Of a DNA stretch of 64,000 nt, positions 32,178 through 42,262 are shown in pieces. Position 1 is the stretch's first letter. Every line of letters begins with the position of its first letter. Source of the stretch: a virus. The notes beneath the pieces are model-generated. The model was not told the origin of the DNA and made no database searches. It saw nothing but the letters and a program-made list of their open reading frames with translations. The stretch lies in the IMG/VR virus record IMGVR_UViG_3300008448_000045, positions 12,824 through 76,823 of that record; one strand, written 5' to 3'. The position numbers were made by a program, and so were the translations under genes.

Positions 32178-34832
32178 ATGGCAGCTGGAATAGGTAGTAA
32201 AATAGAATGGTCAGATTATCAAGCAATTCAAACATTAGCCGCTAAAGTTCTTGGAACTGGTACAGGATCATACGGCTATGGACAAACAATATCTAGTAGT
32301 GCAACGTCTCAACAGTTTCAAAAAATTACAACACAACAGTGGTTAGATGTTAGAAGAGATATTTTAAGATGCCGTATGCACCAAACAGGTGTTGACTATT
32401 CGGCAAGTTTAACCTCACCGACTACCGATATAAAATTACAAGAAGCTGATAGACTTGCCTACTTAAATATGGCAACCCTAGCGGAAACAAATGCTTTAGT
32501 AGTAGCATCTACTCAAGCTACTCGAGCAACTATTGTTTCCGCTGTATTTGAAGATACATGGTACACTTCAGTAGGACTAACCTATACAGTAGAATTTCCT
32601 ACGTACGATGACGGCCGGTACTTTTTTAATGCTGGCGGCCAGATTGAAATAAGTTCTAGTAGAGCCGGCGGAACTAGCCCATCCCCAAAGAATTCAACTT
32701 GGTCTACAATGCTTTCTACTATGGGTAATATAATTTTTAATTACACTTCTACTACAAAAACAGGCACAGGCGGAACAGGATCAACTATTGGATTTTATGA
32801 TCTTACTACAAGCGATCAAAAAATATTTGAACAAAATGCTCCAACTGGAGGATCTTACTCTTTAAATAAATTTGTTATTAATGCTAAAAAGAATGTTAGC
32901 GGAACACAAATAATTTTTACTATTCAATATCTTGACCTTGCTACATATACTAATACAACTGTTTTTGGGCCTGGACTAGGTCCGTACGGTCTAGACGAAG
33001 CTGTTGACGGCACACTAACTAATACAGTAAAAACTTATAGAGCTACACAGCCTACTGGTGTAGACAGTGTAGAAGTAAGCAATCCTTCAATTTTTGTTTC
33101 TAATAACTGGTCAATAATTGAAGGAGGTGACGGGTCAACTATAGCACCTAGTGTAGTTATTACTCCTGCAACACTGACTAATCCTCAAGTTGAAATTGCA
33201 TACAATCAAACATTTACAGCTACTGGTGGAACATCTCCGTATACGTGGAGTTATACAGGACAGTTGCCAGCTGGTTTATCTTTAAGTACAGGTGGAGTAT
33301 TGAGTGGTACTCCTGCAACAGCACAGGGCTACAGTTTTGCAATCACCGCCACTGACTCAACTGGATATATTGGAGTTAAAGGCTATACGGTTACTGTATC
33401 ACAACCTACAATTACAGTTTCGCCAACATCATTAACTGCTCCTAAAGTAGGAACAAGTTATGGAGTGTCTTTTAGTGCTACAGGCGGAACCGGACCATAT
33501 TCTTGGCAAAGTTCGGGAACACTTCCTCCAGGTCTTTCTTTAACTACTGGCGGCGTGTTAAGCGGAATTCCTACAACGTCAGGCACATATTCATTTACTA
33601 TACAAGTGTTTGACAGATTTGCTGCACCTGGCGCAAGAGCCTTTAGTGTAACAGTTGCAGCAGCATCAGTAATTACTATATTACCTAGTACAATTTCAAA
33701 TTCAGCAATGCAAAAAGGTGTTGCTTATTCTCAAACATTTACAGCCAGCGGTGGTACAGCACCGTACTTATGGACAAGCGGTGGAGCTGTTCCTTCTGGA
33801 TTATCATTAACTACTGGCGGCGTGTTAAGCGGCACTCCGACAGCAGATACAACATATACATTTACAATTAAGGCTCAAGATAGTTCAGCAGGAGCATATA
33901 GCGCCACAAACAGCTATACTGTCACAGTACAAGCCCCAGTCCTTCCTCCTGTTCCAACAATTACAGTTACACCTACTACGCCTAGTACAATGGCTGTCGA
34001 TTCTGCCTACAGTAGGCAATATTCAGCAACTGGCGGCACCGCACCTTATACATTTAGCCTAGTTAACGTTTTACCACCTGGAATAGGATTATCACCAGGC
34101 GGCCTTGTAAGCGGCACTCCTAGTTTTGATGCAGGCGGAAAAACTTATAGCTATGGAATACGGGCTACTGATCAAGGCGGCTATTCTGGAACAAGAGCTG
34201 TGTCAATTACAGTTACAGCAGCTCCTCCCCCAACTACTAATATTAGCCCAGCATCGTCTACTGAATATGTGTCCTATGGAGATACCTTTAACACCGCTTC
34301 AAGTGGTAGTAGCGGATTCCAAGTTAACTGTACAGCAAACTATGGACTAGTTGACATGTCTGGTAGAGTTTTATCAGGACAAACTGGCGGAACCGCAACA
34401 ACAAACATTGATCAATTTAGTATTAGTTCTGGTAACTCAAGAACTGTAGTATTAAATTACACACAGGCCAGGGGAAGTTTACAAAATCCTTGGAAATACT
34501 ATGCTGATGCAAATACAGGCGGCACTCACGAATTAATAGTCATGCGATCAGCATCAAATATTTCAAGTCCAGCTCCGGGCAATTATAGTTTACGAGTTGG
34601 AGTTGCACAGTCTTTTCAATTTACCGGTTCCGGTGCATATTCGCCGTTTACAAATTGGGAAGTATCTCAAGGAACGTTGCCAACAGGATTAAATCTTAGC
34701 AGCAGCGGGCTTTTATCTGGGACTATTGTTGGATCAGCTGTAAACCAAACTTTTATTTTTAAAGTTAGATCTCTTGATAGTGTTGGTGTTTATATGACTG
34801 AAGGTACATATACAGTTACCACAACAGCGTAA
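32178..34832 (+). CDS. Virion protein with five putative Ig (He_PIG-like) repeats, paralogue of the preceding gene
   Basis: Shared N-terminal domain (KVLGxG..GYGQ..RxHQT..RYFFNxGGxIE..KNxTWSxML) plus ATGGTxPY..LPxGLSL..GVLSGTP repeats. Confidence 0.75.
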   Translation: MAAGIGSKIEWSDYQAIQTLAAKVLGTGTGSYGYGQTISSSATSQQFQKITTQQWLDVRRDILRCRMHQTGVDYSASLTSPTTDIKLQEADRLAYLNMATLAETNALVVASTQATRATIVSAVFEDTWYTSVGLTYTVEFPTYDDGRYFFNAGGQIEISSSRAGGTSPSPKNSTWSTMLSTMGNIIFNYTSTTKTGTGGTGSTIGFYDLTTSDQKIFEQNAPTGGSYSLNKFVINAKKNVSGTQIIFTIQYLDLATYTNTTVFGPGLGPYGLDEAVDGTLTNTVKTYRATQPTGVDSVEVSNPSIFVSNNWSIIEGGDGSTIAPSVVITPATLTNPQVEIAYNQTFTATGGTSPYTWSYTGQLPAGLSLSTGGVLSGTPATAQGYSFAITATDSTGYIGVKGYTVTVSQPTITVSPTSLTAPKVGTSYGVSFSATGGTGPYSWQSSGTLPPGLSLTTGGVLSGIPTTSGTYSFTIQVFDRFAAPGARAFSVTVAAASVITILPSTISNSAMQKGVAYSQTFTASGGTAPYLWTSGGAVPSGLSLTTGGVLSGTPTADTTYTFTIKAQDSSAGAYSATNSYTVTVQAPVLPPVPTITVTPTTPSTMAVDSAYSRQYSATGGTAPYTFSLVNVLPPGIGLSPGGLVSGTPSFDAGGKTYSYGIRATDQGGYSGTRAVSITVTAAPPPTTNISPASSTEYVSYGDTFNTASSGSSGFQVNCTANYGLVDMSGRVLSGQTGGTATTNIDQFSISSGNSRTVVLNYTQARGSLQNPWKYYADANTGGTHELIVMRSASNISSPAPGNYSLRVGVAQSFQFTGSGAYSPFTNWEVSQGTLPTGLNLSSSGLLSGTIVGSAVNQTFIFKVRSLDSVGVYMTEGTYTVTTTA
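33540..33832 (+). repeat. Exact 26-bp direct repeat between Ig units (33540-33565 and 33807-33832)
   Basis: TTAACTACTGGCGGCGTGTTAAGCGG occurs at both positions. Confidence 0.85.
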
Positions 34833-34857
34833 ATCAATATCCCCAACTATATACCTC

Positions 34858-34886
34858 TTGACAAGCTAATTATTGTAGTGTACAAT
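34858..34886 (+). promoter_or_regulatory. Sigma70-type promoter for the glycosyltransferase operon
   Basis: TTGACA-N17-TACAAT, followed by GGAGG RBS (34896-34900) before ATG 34907. Confidence 0.75.
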
Positions 34887-34906
34887 AGATTGTCTGGAGG
34901 TTTCTT

Positions 34907-35257
34907 ATGGATGAAAGAGTTGAAAAAGCATTCTCTGTTGCTAATCATATGGCAACATTATCAAATCAACGAAGAATTATTTTAGAAGAATTTAACCAAA
35001 AACGGGTATATTATGTTAATGGCGGCACATTTAACATAACCCCGGAGTTGATCAATTTTACTAAAACAACATTAGATTTAGGTTATACAACTGACGTTGC
35101 ATTTATTGATGCAAATAATTTTCCAGTTGTTATTTCAAACGTACAAGAGTTTTTAGATAATATTGTAGGAGTATACTACGAAGTTCTTAATGACTATAGT
35201 GCTAAGTTTGCAGAATTAAAATCAAAAAGAAAAATAAAGGATATTATTGATCTATGA
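34907..35257 (+). CDS. Hypothetical protein, first gene of the GT operon (possibly tail-assembly related)
   Basis: Strong RBS; ATGA overlap with the next gene. Confidence 0.6.
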   Translation: MDERVEKAFSVANHMATLSNQRRIILEEFNQKRVYYVNGGTFNITPELINFTKTTLDLGYTTDVAFIDANNFPVVISNVQEFLDNIVGVYYEVLNDYSAKFAELKSKRKIKDIIDL

Positions 35258-36099
35258 CAGTTGGTGCTGTATTTTTTGCTCAAAATAACGGTGCAATTGA
35301 TTATGTAAAATTAGCAAATTTCGCCGCTATTAGAGTAAAAGAATTTTTAGATATACCTGTATCGATAGTTACAGACAGCCCAGATTGGCTTAATAAATCG
35401 TGCCCTAATCATCCTTTTGAAAATATCATTGTTGTTCCAGAAGAAGAAAGTTATAAAAAAGAATTTTATGACGGATCGCTAACATCAAAACCGTACAATT
35501 GGAAAAACTTGTCTAGACCAAAGATATACGAAATTACCCCGTACGAAAAAACACTAGTGCTTGATAGCGATTATATTATAAATTCAAATATTTTAAAGAT
35601 TGCTCTTGACAGAGATGTTGAGTTTCAAATATACAAGAAAAGTTTTGATCTATCTACCTGGAGAGATCCAGCACCATTTACAAGAATTAATAGTTATAGT
35701 ATACCGTTTTATTGGGCAACTGTCTTTATCTTTGAAAAATCTCCAGTTAGCGAAGCATTTTTTGATTTAGTAAACTATATAAAGATTAATTGGGTATATT
35801 TTAGAATGTTATACAACATAGATCCTCCTATGTTTAGAAATGATTTTGCTTTTAGTATAGCTATTCATATTATGAATGGAAAAACTAATGGGGGGTTTGC
35901 TACAGAACTCCCTGGGAAAATGACTTATTCTCTTGATCGAGATGTATTAGTAAGTATGAATCAGACAGAAATGAAATTTTTAATTGAAAAGAAAGACCAT
36001 CTTGGAGAATACATCTTAGCTAAAACTAATGGCCTTGATGTACATGTTATGAATAAATTTAGTCTTTCAAGGTGTGTTGATAGGAGCACAGGTGTCTAA
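35254..36099 (+). CDS. GT-A fold glycosyltransferase-like protein (GT8-like)
   Basis: YEITPYEKTLVLDSDY (DxD motif), WATVFIF, RNDFAFSIA, HVMNK. Confidence 0.7.
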   Translation: MTVGAVFFAQNNGAIDYVKLANFAAIRVKEFLDIPVSIVTDSPDWLNKSCPNHPFENIIVVPEEESYKKEFYDGSLTSKPYNWKNLSRPKIYEITPYEKTLVLDSDYIINSNILKIALDRDVEFQIYKKSFDLSTWRDPAPFTRINSYSIPFYWATVFIFEKSPVSEAFFDLVNYIKINWVYFRMLYNIDPPMFRNDFAFSIAIHIMNGKTNGGFATELPGKMTYSLDRDVLVSMNQTEMKFLIEKKDHLGEYILAKTNGLDVHVMNKFSLSRCVDRSTGV

Positions 36100-36925
36100 A
36101 GGTTTTTTAGTTTTTGCTCAAAATACCGCTGATGTTGACTATGTTAAACAGGCTTATGCATTAGCCTTGTCTATAAAATTTAGTCAAAAACAAATTAACA
36201 ATATTTCAATTGTAACTAACGAATTGTTAGATGACAAATATCGTTCTGTATTTGATCAAGTAATTCCTATTCCTTGGGTTAAGGACGGCACACGATATCA
36301 GGCCGAGAATAGATGGAAGTTATATCATGCCACGCCATATGAAGAAACTATAGTTCTTGATACTGATATGTTACTATTAGAGGACATTAGTAGTTGGTGG
36401 GAATATTGCTCTAATCATAATTTAAAATTTTGTTCTAAAATAACTAATCATAAATTAGATCCAATTGTTGATACTATACATAGGAAAGCATTTGTAGTTA
36501 ATAATTTAACTAGCCCTTATTATGCATTACACTATTTTAAAAAGCATCAGTCTACACACGAATTTTATAAAGTTTTAGAGTTTGTGTGCAACAATTGGGA
36601 GTGGTGCTGGACAAAGTTTGCGCCTAACGAATATCAAAATTGGTTAAGCATGGACCTTGCTGTTGCAATAGCTATAGAAATTACCGGTAGATATGATTCA
36701 GTTGATGATGTTTGTTCTCCGTTAGAGTTTGTTCACATGAAACCTAGTATCCAGCAATGGATAATGACTCCTGGGCAATGGCAAGACGGAGTTCAAAGTT
36801 TATTAACAAAAAAAGGCGACCTTGTTGTTGGAAATATTAAACAATCAAAGTTGTTTCACTATATCGATAAAAATTTTATTACAGCAAAGATACTTGAACG
36901 GCTTGAGGATTTAGCAAATGCCTAA
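36092..36925 (+). CDS. GT-A fold glycosyltransferase-like protein, paralogue of the preceding gene
   Basis: YHATPYEETIVLDTDM (DxD motif), MDLAVAIA, FVHMK. GTG at 36092 with GGAG RBS preferred as start. Confidence 0.7.
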   Translation: MSKGFLVFAQNTADVDYVKQAYALALSIKFSQKQINNISIVTNELLDDKYRSVFDQVIPIPWVKDGTRYQAENRWKLYHATPYEETIVLDTDMLLLEDISSWWEYCSNHNLKFCSKITNHKLDPIVDTIHRKAFVVNNLTSPYYALHYFKKHQSTHEFYKVLEFVCNNWEWCWTKFAPNEYQNWLSMDLAVAIAIEITGRYDSVDDVCSPLEFVHMKPSIQQWIMTPGQWQDGVQSLLTKKGDLVVGNIKQSKLFHYIDKNFITAKILERLEDLANA

Positions 36926-37508
36926 TAAAATTAAAGAACCAACTAGATATATTCCTCAGTGTTATGTTTACTATAACAAGAAAACAGGAGAGATACTGTC
37001 AGTTACTAATAGAAAAGACGATGCTTATGAAAATGGTATTGAAGTAAACTTTGAAGATGTCGAAAAATTTTTAACTGGCGAATGGCATTTTAGCGACTTC
37101 CAAGTTGGATACCATAAAGATTCAAATAAGACAACTATATTATCTATTACAAATGAATTTTCCGGATACTCATTTAAAAATAATATTTTTGAGTGGATAT
37201 CTGCATCAAATGAATATGCTGAATGCATAGTTGAATGGAATAGTAAAGACCAAGTATGGAATTTTTTCTTAAGTAATGATTTTAAAAGAGAATACAATAC
37301 AATACTATCCCCAAAGTTAGTATTTTTTGTAACTTTAGAGAATGACCCTGATTTTTTAATAAGGACAGTTTTTATTAATACACAAGATCTTTTAAAATTT
37401 GATTGTGTCACTGTTCCTTTTGAAAGTACTTTTGAAAAATATATAGATAAAATTTCCATAAGCTCTAAATTAGTGTTTAAAACTTATAAATTAAAGGTAG
37501 TTGAATGA
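36918..37508 (+). CDS. Hypothetical protein in the GT operon
   Basis: Overlaps both neighbours; no recognised motif. Confidence 0.6.
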   Translation: MPNKIKEPTRYIPQCYVYYNKKTGEILSVTNRKDDAYENGIEVNFEDVEKFLTGEWHFSDFQVGYHKDSNKTTILSITNEFSGYSFKNNIFEWISASNEYAECIVEWNSKDQVWNFFLSNDFKREYNTILSPKLVFFVTLENDPDFLIRTVFINTQDLLKFDCVTVPFESTFEKYIDKISISSKLVFKTYKLKVVE

Positions 37509-38401
37509 ACAACATTATAAAAATTATTGATCAAGATATCGTATTTTTAAGTTACGATGAACCTAATGCAGAAAAAAACTATGCAGATTTATGCAGCAAA
37601 GTGCCGTGGGCTAAACGAATTCATGGAGTTAAGGGAAGTGATGCCGCACACAAGGCATGTGCTGCGGTAAGTGAAACAGAATATTTTGTTACAGTAGATG
37701 CAGATAATATAGTAGATCCAAAATTCTTTGAAGTTGAAATTAATCTAAACGGCCTTGGACTGTCAAGTGATAATGTTTTTAGTTGGTGCGGCAAGGTACA
37801 TGTTAATCACCTAATGTATGGCAATGGCGGCCTTAAGCTATGGACTCGCAAGTTTGTAAATGAAATGAAAACTCATGAGAACAGCGATCCTAATGATGTT
37901 AAGGGAAAAGTCGAATTCTGTTTTGATGAGAGATATTATCAGTTTAATGAAAACTACAGTGAGAGCTTTACAAATTCTACACCATTCCAAGCATGGCGAG
38001 CAGGTTTCCGTGAAGGTGTGAAGATGTCGTTAGACCAAGGAGCAAAGATACAAGATGTGCGTAAAGTCTGGTGGCAAAATTATCAAAGATTACTTATTTG
38101 GTGTAATATTGGTGCCGATGTTTCTAACGGCTTTTGGTCAATGCTTGGTGCAAGAGAGGGGTGTTATCTAACTAATTGCACTGAGTGGGATTATGCAAAT
38201 GTTAGAGATTTTGAATATCTTACAGAATATTGGAAAGAACATTGGGTTGACAAAGACGATAATTACTCAAAAGAAAAATTTTTATTTTTTGGTAATGAGC
38301 TAAAAAACAAATGCGGTTTACCTATTTCTAATTTAGATGTAGAAGGTAGTAAGTTTTTTAAGTCAGTTTACAATAATACCCCAAGAATAATTAGAAGATA
38401 A
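37505..38401 (+). CDS. GT-A fold glycosyltransferase-like protein
   Basis: DIVFLSYDEPNAE..RIHGVKGSDAAHKAC..FVTVDADN..YGNGGLKLW..AWRAGFREGVK. Confidence 0.7.
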   Translation: MNNIIKIIDQDIVFLSYDEPNAEKNYADLCSKVPWAKRIHGVKGSDAAHKACAAVSETEYFVTVDADNIVDPKFFEVEINLNGLGLSSDNVFSWCGKVHVNHLMYGNGGLKLWTRKFVNEMKTHENSDPNDVKGKVEFCFDERYYQFNENYSESFTNSTPFQAWRAGFREGVKMSLDQGAKIQDVRKVWWQNYQRLLIWCNIGADVSNGFWSMLGAREGCYLTNCTEWDYANVRDFEYLTEYWKEHWVDKDDNYSKEKFLFFGNELKNKCGLPISNLDVEGSKFFKSVYNNTPRIIRR

Positions 38402-38402
38402 T

Positions 38403-40115
38403 ATGTACGATATCTTTTTTATAGGAAACAATAGCTCAGACTTTGAACAATTAAAGTTACGGTTTCCTACAACAAAATATATTCCTGTTGACACAGACAT
38501 ATACGATGCGCTATGTACAGCAGCTAAACGATCTTTTACGAAAATGTTTTGGGTAGTTTGGGATAATTTATTAATTCAGAATAATTTTAATTTTGACTAT
38601 AAAGTTCCTGAGTGGGATACTGGATATAATCATATTTTTCGAAATGGTGAATTCTTTGATGGAGTTTGTCTGTTCCCCAAAAAAATAAAAGTCAGTAAAC
38701 GAGAAGCTGACTACAGATTCTTTACTAATAAAAAAGAAATTGATATACAAGCTAGCTTTTCAAAACCTTATCAACGATTTAAAATTAGTAATTATGATCA
38801 GTACCTAGATGCACTTAAGACTAGTGAAACTGACATGTTTTGGTGTGTATGGCCTGAGATTGAAATTTTAGATAATAGTATATTTAAAACTGTTTTTAGT
38901 TTTCACAATACTTACGATCGACAAGAAAATCATGTATGGAAAAACTTATGTAATGAAAACTCTTCATTTATAAGTGGATTAACACTATTTTCTAAATTTA
39001 AACCTGTCTCAAAAAGAGAAGTAAATTATAAGATGTTGATAAATCGAAAAGAATACGATTTAGCAGTATCAAGGTATCGGTATCCAAAATATTTTATCAA
39101 TACTTACGAAGAATATTTAGAGATACATCAAAAAGAACATCAACCTCTTTTTTGGTGCATATGGCCAGAGATTGAAATTTTAGATCAAACAATTTTTGAT
39201 TTATACTATGATCCGTTAGATGGAACATTTAATTATGATAGAGAAGAAAATCATGTATTTCAAAATCAAGATATTAGTGAAATAAAATATAACGGTCTAA
39301 TGTTAATGTCAACTTTAAAATCTCCAGTTTCGAAAAAAGAAATAGATTTTAGATATATTATTAATAAAAAAGAGCATCAAACTTTAACAAGCAAATTAAA
39401 ATTATATGATGTAGTTTTTATCAGCTATAACGAAGCTAATGCAGATCAAAATTATCAATCTTTGCTTAATATCTGTCCTCGAGCTAAACGAGTTCATGGA
39501 GTAAAAGGTATTCATAACGCACACATTGAAGCAGCAAAATTAGTTAGTACTCCTATGTTTTGGGTTGTTGATGCTGATGCAATTATAGAAAAAGATTTTA
39601 ATTTTAATCTTTTGCTTCCACATTATGATAGAGATGTAGTCCATGTTTGGCAAAGTCAAAATCCTATAAATGATTTAGTATACGGATACGGAGGAGTTAA
39701 ATTGTTGCCAACTAAGCTAACTTTAAATATGGATGTTAATAATCCTGATATGACAACTAGTATTAGTTCAAAATTTAAAGCTGTTGACGCTATATCAAAT
39801 ATAACAGTATTCAATACAGATCCGTTTACCACTTGGCGGTCCGCATTTCGAGAGTGTGTAAAGTTATCTTCGAGAACTATTGCAGGACAAATTGATAAAG
39901 AAACTATTGATCGATTAAACACCTGGTGTACTAAAGGCAAAGAGAAACTTTACGGTGAATTTGCAATTTTAGGCGCACTCGCTGGCAGACAGTACGGACA
40001 TAAAAATGCCGGTAATAAACCGGCACTGATGAGAATTAATAACTATGCTTGGTTACAAGCCGAGTTTAATCGCCAGACACAAACTCTCCAGCCATTGGAA
40101 ATATTTCAGCAATAA
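38403..40115 (+). CDS. Multi-repeat GT-A glycosyltransferase-like protein (three degenerate units + one DxD unit)
   Basis: Four units centred on FWVVWD / FWCVWPE / FWCIWPE / FWVVDAD. The last unit aligns with the preceding gene (DVVFISYNE..RVHGVKG..WRSAFRECVK). Confidence 0.7.
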   Translation: MYDIFFIGNNSSDFEQLKLRFPTTKYIPVDTDIYDALCTAAKRSFTKMFWVVWDNLLIQNNFNFDYKVPEWDTGYNHIFRNGEFFDGVCLFPKKIKVSKREADYRFFTNKKEIDIQASFSKPYQRFKISNYDQYLDALKTSETDMFWCVWPEIEILDNSIFKTVFSFHNTYDRQENHVWKNLCNENSSFISGLTLFSKFKPVSKREVNYKMLINRKEYDLAVSRYRYPKYFINTYEEYLEIHQKEHQPLFWCIWPEIEILDQTIFDLYYDPLDGTFNYDREENHVFQNQDISEIKYNGLMLMSTLKSPVSKKEIDFRYIINKKEHQTLTSKLKLYDVVFISYNEANADQNYQSLLNICPRAKRVHGVKGIHNAHIEAAKLVSTPMFWVVDADAIIEKDFNFNLLLPHYDRDVVHVWQSQNPINDLVYGYGGVKLLPTKLTLNMDVNNPDMTTSISSKFKAVDAISNITVFNTDPFTTWRSAFRECVKLSSRTIAGQIDKETIDRLNTWCTKGKEKLYGEFAILGALAGRQYGHKNAGNKPALMRINNYAWLQAEFNRQTQTLQPLEIFQQ

Positions 40116-40758
40116 CTTGAGCACATGCTCGAGCAACTTCCATATGCTCTTTTTGTGTACCGTTGCCAGAACGTAATTGAATAAAGTGAATCCATGAACG
40201 TAATGTACCATTCATGTATAAACGACTTACTGTAAGACCTTCTGGTAATACAGCACGAGCTTGTTCTTTAGCGATACCGTTATCAATAGCCCATTTATAT
40301 TCTTGTTTGACTGCAAACAATACACGTTTTTGAGCACGTTCCCATTCGTAAGAAAGTTTTCTTTGAGTTTCGTCTTCTAAGTCTAATGCTACACTATTTT
40401 GTCTATTTTTAGTATCTTGAAAACGAGCTTCTCGTAATACAAACGCATCATCAAGTTCTGCTGTTGGGTCAGCATAACGCTGGCTAAATTCTTGGAAACT
40501 AAAACTACGATGTCTAAGAATTTGACGAGCAATGTCTCTAGTAGTTGTAATTTCTAAGCAGGCACTTACCATTTCTAAAGGAGACCAGTGCTGGTGTTTG
40601 ATTAAGTACCTAATTAGCTTTTCGCTTGTTTCAGTGTTAAATTGGTTGCTTGGATTACTTACTCTAGCACAAAACGCAATAAGTTCTTGTGCATCGTAAA
40701 TACCTTCGTCCGCCATATCTCTACTAGCTTTAGAAGAATTAATTAATTTAACTTTCAT
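40066..40758 (-). CDS. thyX: Flavin-dependent thymidylate synthase
   Basis: HWSPLE, RQILRHRSFSFQEFSQRY (ThyX motif), AKEQARAVLP, RSWIHFIQLR, TQKEH. Confidence 0.95.
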   Translation of the reverse strand: MKVKLINSSKASRDMADEGIYDAQELIAFCARVSNPSNQFNTETSEKLIRYLIKHQHWSPLEMVSACLEITTTRDIARQILRHRSFSFQEFSQRYADPTAELDDAFVLREARFQDTKNRQNSVALDLEDETQRKLSYEWERAQKRVLFAVKQEYKWAIDNGIAKEQARAVLPEGLTVSRLYMNGTLRSWIHFIQLRSGNGTQKEHMEVARACAQVIAEIFPMAGEFVSGD

Positions 40759-41079
40759 TTATAATTTTCTTTCTTTTAGAAATTTATTTGTTGTTTTTTT
40801 AACATCTTTTTTGACTCGTTCGGTGTCAAGTTTAAAATCGATATTATCAATTTTGCGTTCATATGTTTTAAAAAGCTCAGCAAGAGACCTTTCAAAAGAA
40901 TCCCAACCTTCTTTTTTCGTTTTGGCTGTTACTTTAATTTCCCAAGTCTTGCCGTCTCTGAACGTAATTAGCACAGCATGAAGATACCTAAGAGGTACTA
41001 CTTTGAGTTTTATGTCCTCAAACACTTCTGGCCAACAATCAATGACATCTCTGGGAAGTGATTTCCCTGAGTCTGTCAC
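40759..41079 (-). CDS. Hypothetical protein
   Basis: 106-aa ORF packed in the minus-strand operon. Confidence 0.6.
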   Translation of the reverse strand: MTDSGKSLPRDVIDCWPEVFEDIKLKVVPLRYLHAVLITFRDGKTWEIKVTAKTKKEGWDSFERSLAELFKTYERKIDNIDFKLDTERVKKDVKKTTNKFLKERKL

Positions 41080-41702
41080 GCTACTTCTTTAGCTTTTTTC
41101 TTTGTTGGTACTAATTCTTCTGCTTTGCGACGAAGTTCTGCAGCTTGTTTACTAAGTTTGTCTGCTTCGCTTCGGAATTGTTTAGCTTGATCTTCTGAAG
41201 TTAAATTTACAGATTCGCTAGTAGACTTAGTGTTAGTAGTCTTTGTTGTAGTAGCTGCTGTTGCGTTTTCTGGTACTTCACTAATTAGCTGTTTCTTTTT
41301 ATCTTCATCGCTTGGCTGAACATGTAGTTCGTCAACAGCAATGCCTCTTTGTTCTGCTATTAGTTGATTAAGCTCTGATAGCACTACCGCTACACCAGGA
41401 ACTGGAGTCATTTCTACTGCAGTAGTTGGCACTTTAATTAACCGACCTGTTGCATGTAAGTTTGGTAACATTCGACTTCCGTCTGGAAAGAATGATCGAT
41501 CTAATGCTTCGCCAAATTCGTAAGATTCCTGTGCCATAGGCCCATCGACTAAATTAATAATTGCATTATGTAATTCGTCTGGTAGGCTTTCTGTTGCAAC
41601 AACTAAACAGCTATATGCATCTCCAGGTAAAGTACGAAACGCTACAAGAACTTTTTTTCCTGAAGCTATAATTCTACCTACGTGTTTTAAATTTTGGGCC
41701 AT
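41076..41702 (-). CDS. Hypothetical protein with C-terminal coiled coil
   Basis: 208-aa ORF with GGAGG-like RBS; Thr-rich linker and helical tail. Confidence 0.65.
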   Translation of the reverse strand: MAQNLKHVGRIIASGKKVLVAFRTLPGDAYSCLVVATESLPDELHNAIINLVDGPMAQESYEFGEALDRSFFPDGSRMLPNLHATGRLIKVPTTAVEMTPVPGVAVVLSELNQLIAEQRGIAVDELHVQPSDEDKKKQLISEVPENATAATTTKTTNTKSTSESVNLTSEDQAKQFRSEADKLSKQAAELRRKAEELVPTKKKAKEVA

Positions 41703-41703
41703 A

Positions 41704-41943
41704 TTAGCCTCCTGTTTTATTAGCTTCAGCTTGTTTTGACACTTGGTCTAAAAATGCTGTTAGCTTGTTATATGTTTGCCCCACGGCCATCATTTCATTT
41801 GGTTTAAAAGCACCTCTTGAACTAGCAATATCAATAATCACTTTCATAGCTTGAAGGTCACTAATGCTTAAATCGTTAGATTCTGCTGCGGGCTGCTGTT
41901 GTTCTGTGCCCGCTGGGGCCTGCTTTTCTGTTTGTTCAGACAT
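41704..41943 (-). CDS. Hypothetical protein
   Basis: Start at MSEQTEKQ (41943) preceded by AAGGAG RBS. Confidence 0.65.
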   Translation of the reverse strand: MSEQTEKQAPAGTEQQQPAAESNDLSISDLQAMKVIIDIASSRGAFKPNEMMAVGQTYNKLTAFLDQVSKQAEANKTGG

Positions 41944-41974
41944 AGTCTCTCCTTTGAATAAACTGCTATTATAA

Positions 41975-42262
41975 TTATCTCGTTTGTAAATACGGGCAAG
42001 CAATCGTGAAGAAACTGAGTTCCTTCTCACTTTCAAACCCTATATTAATTACGTAGACAAACGAGTTAGAATTATCTAATTCTAATCCTTGGCCAATATA
42101 ATACCTATTGTTTAGATTATTTTTAATCCAGGAATTAACATTCTTAACTAAACTTGGCGTATATCTATCTATAGAAATGTATTTAAAGTGCGGAGCAGCA
42201 TAATTAACCCTCCGCACTTCAAAATAATTTAATGAATTTGGTTTTCCGTTCTTTAAAGCCAT
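41975..42262 (-). CDS. Hypothetical protein
   Basis: TAATG overlap with the VWA gene stop. Confidence 0.6.
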   Translation of the reverse strand: MALKNGKPNSLNYFEVRRVNYAAPHFKYISIDRYTPSLVKNVNSWIKNNLNNRYYIGQGLELDNSNSFVYVINIGFESEKELSFFTIACPYLQTR

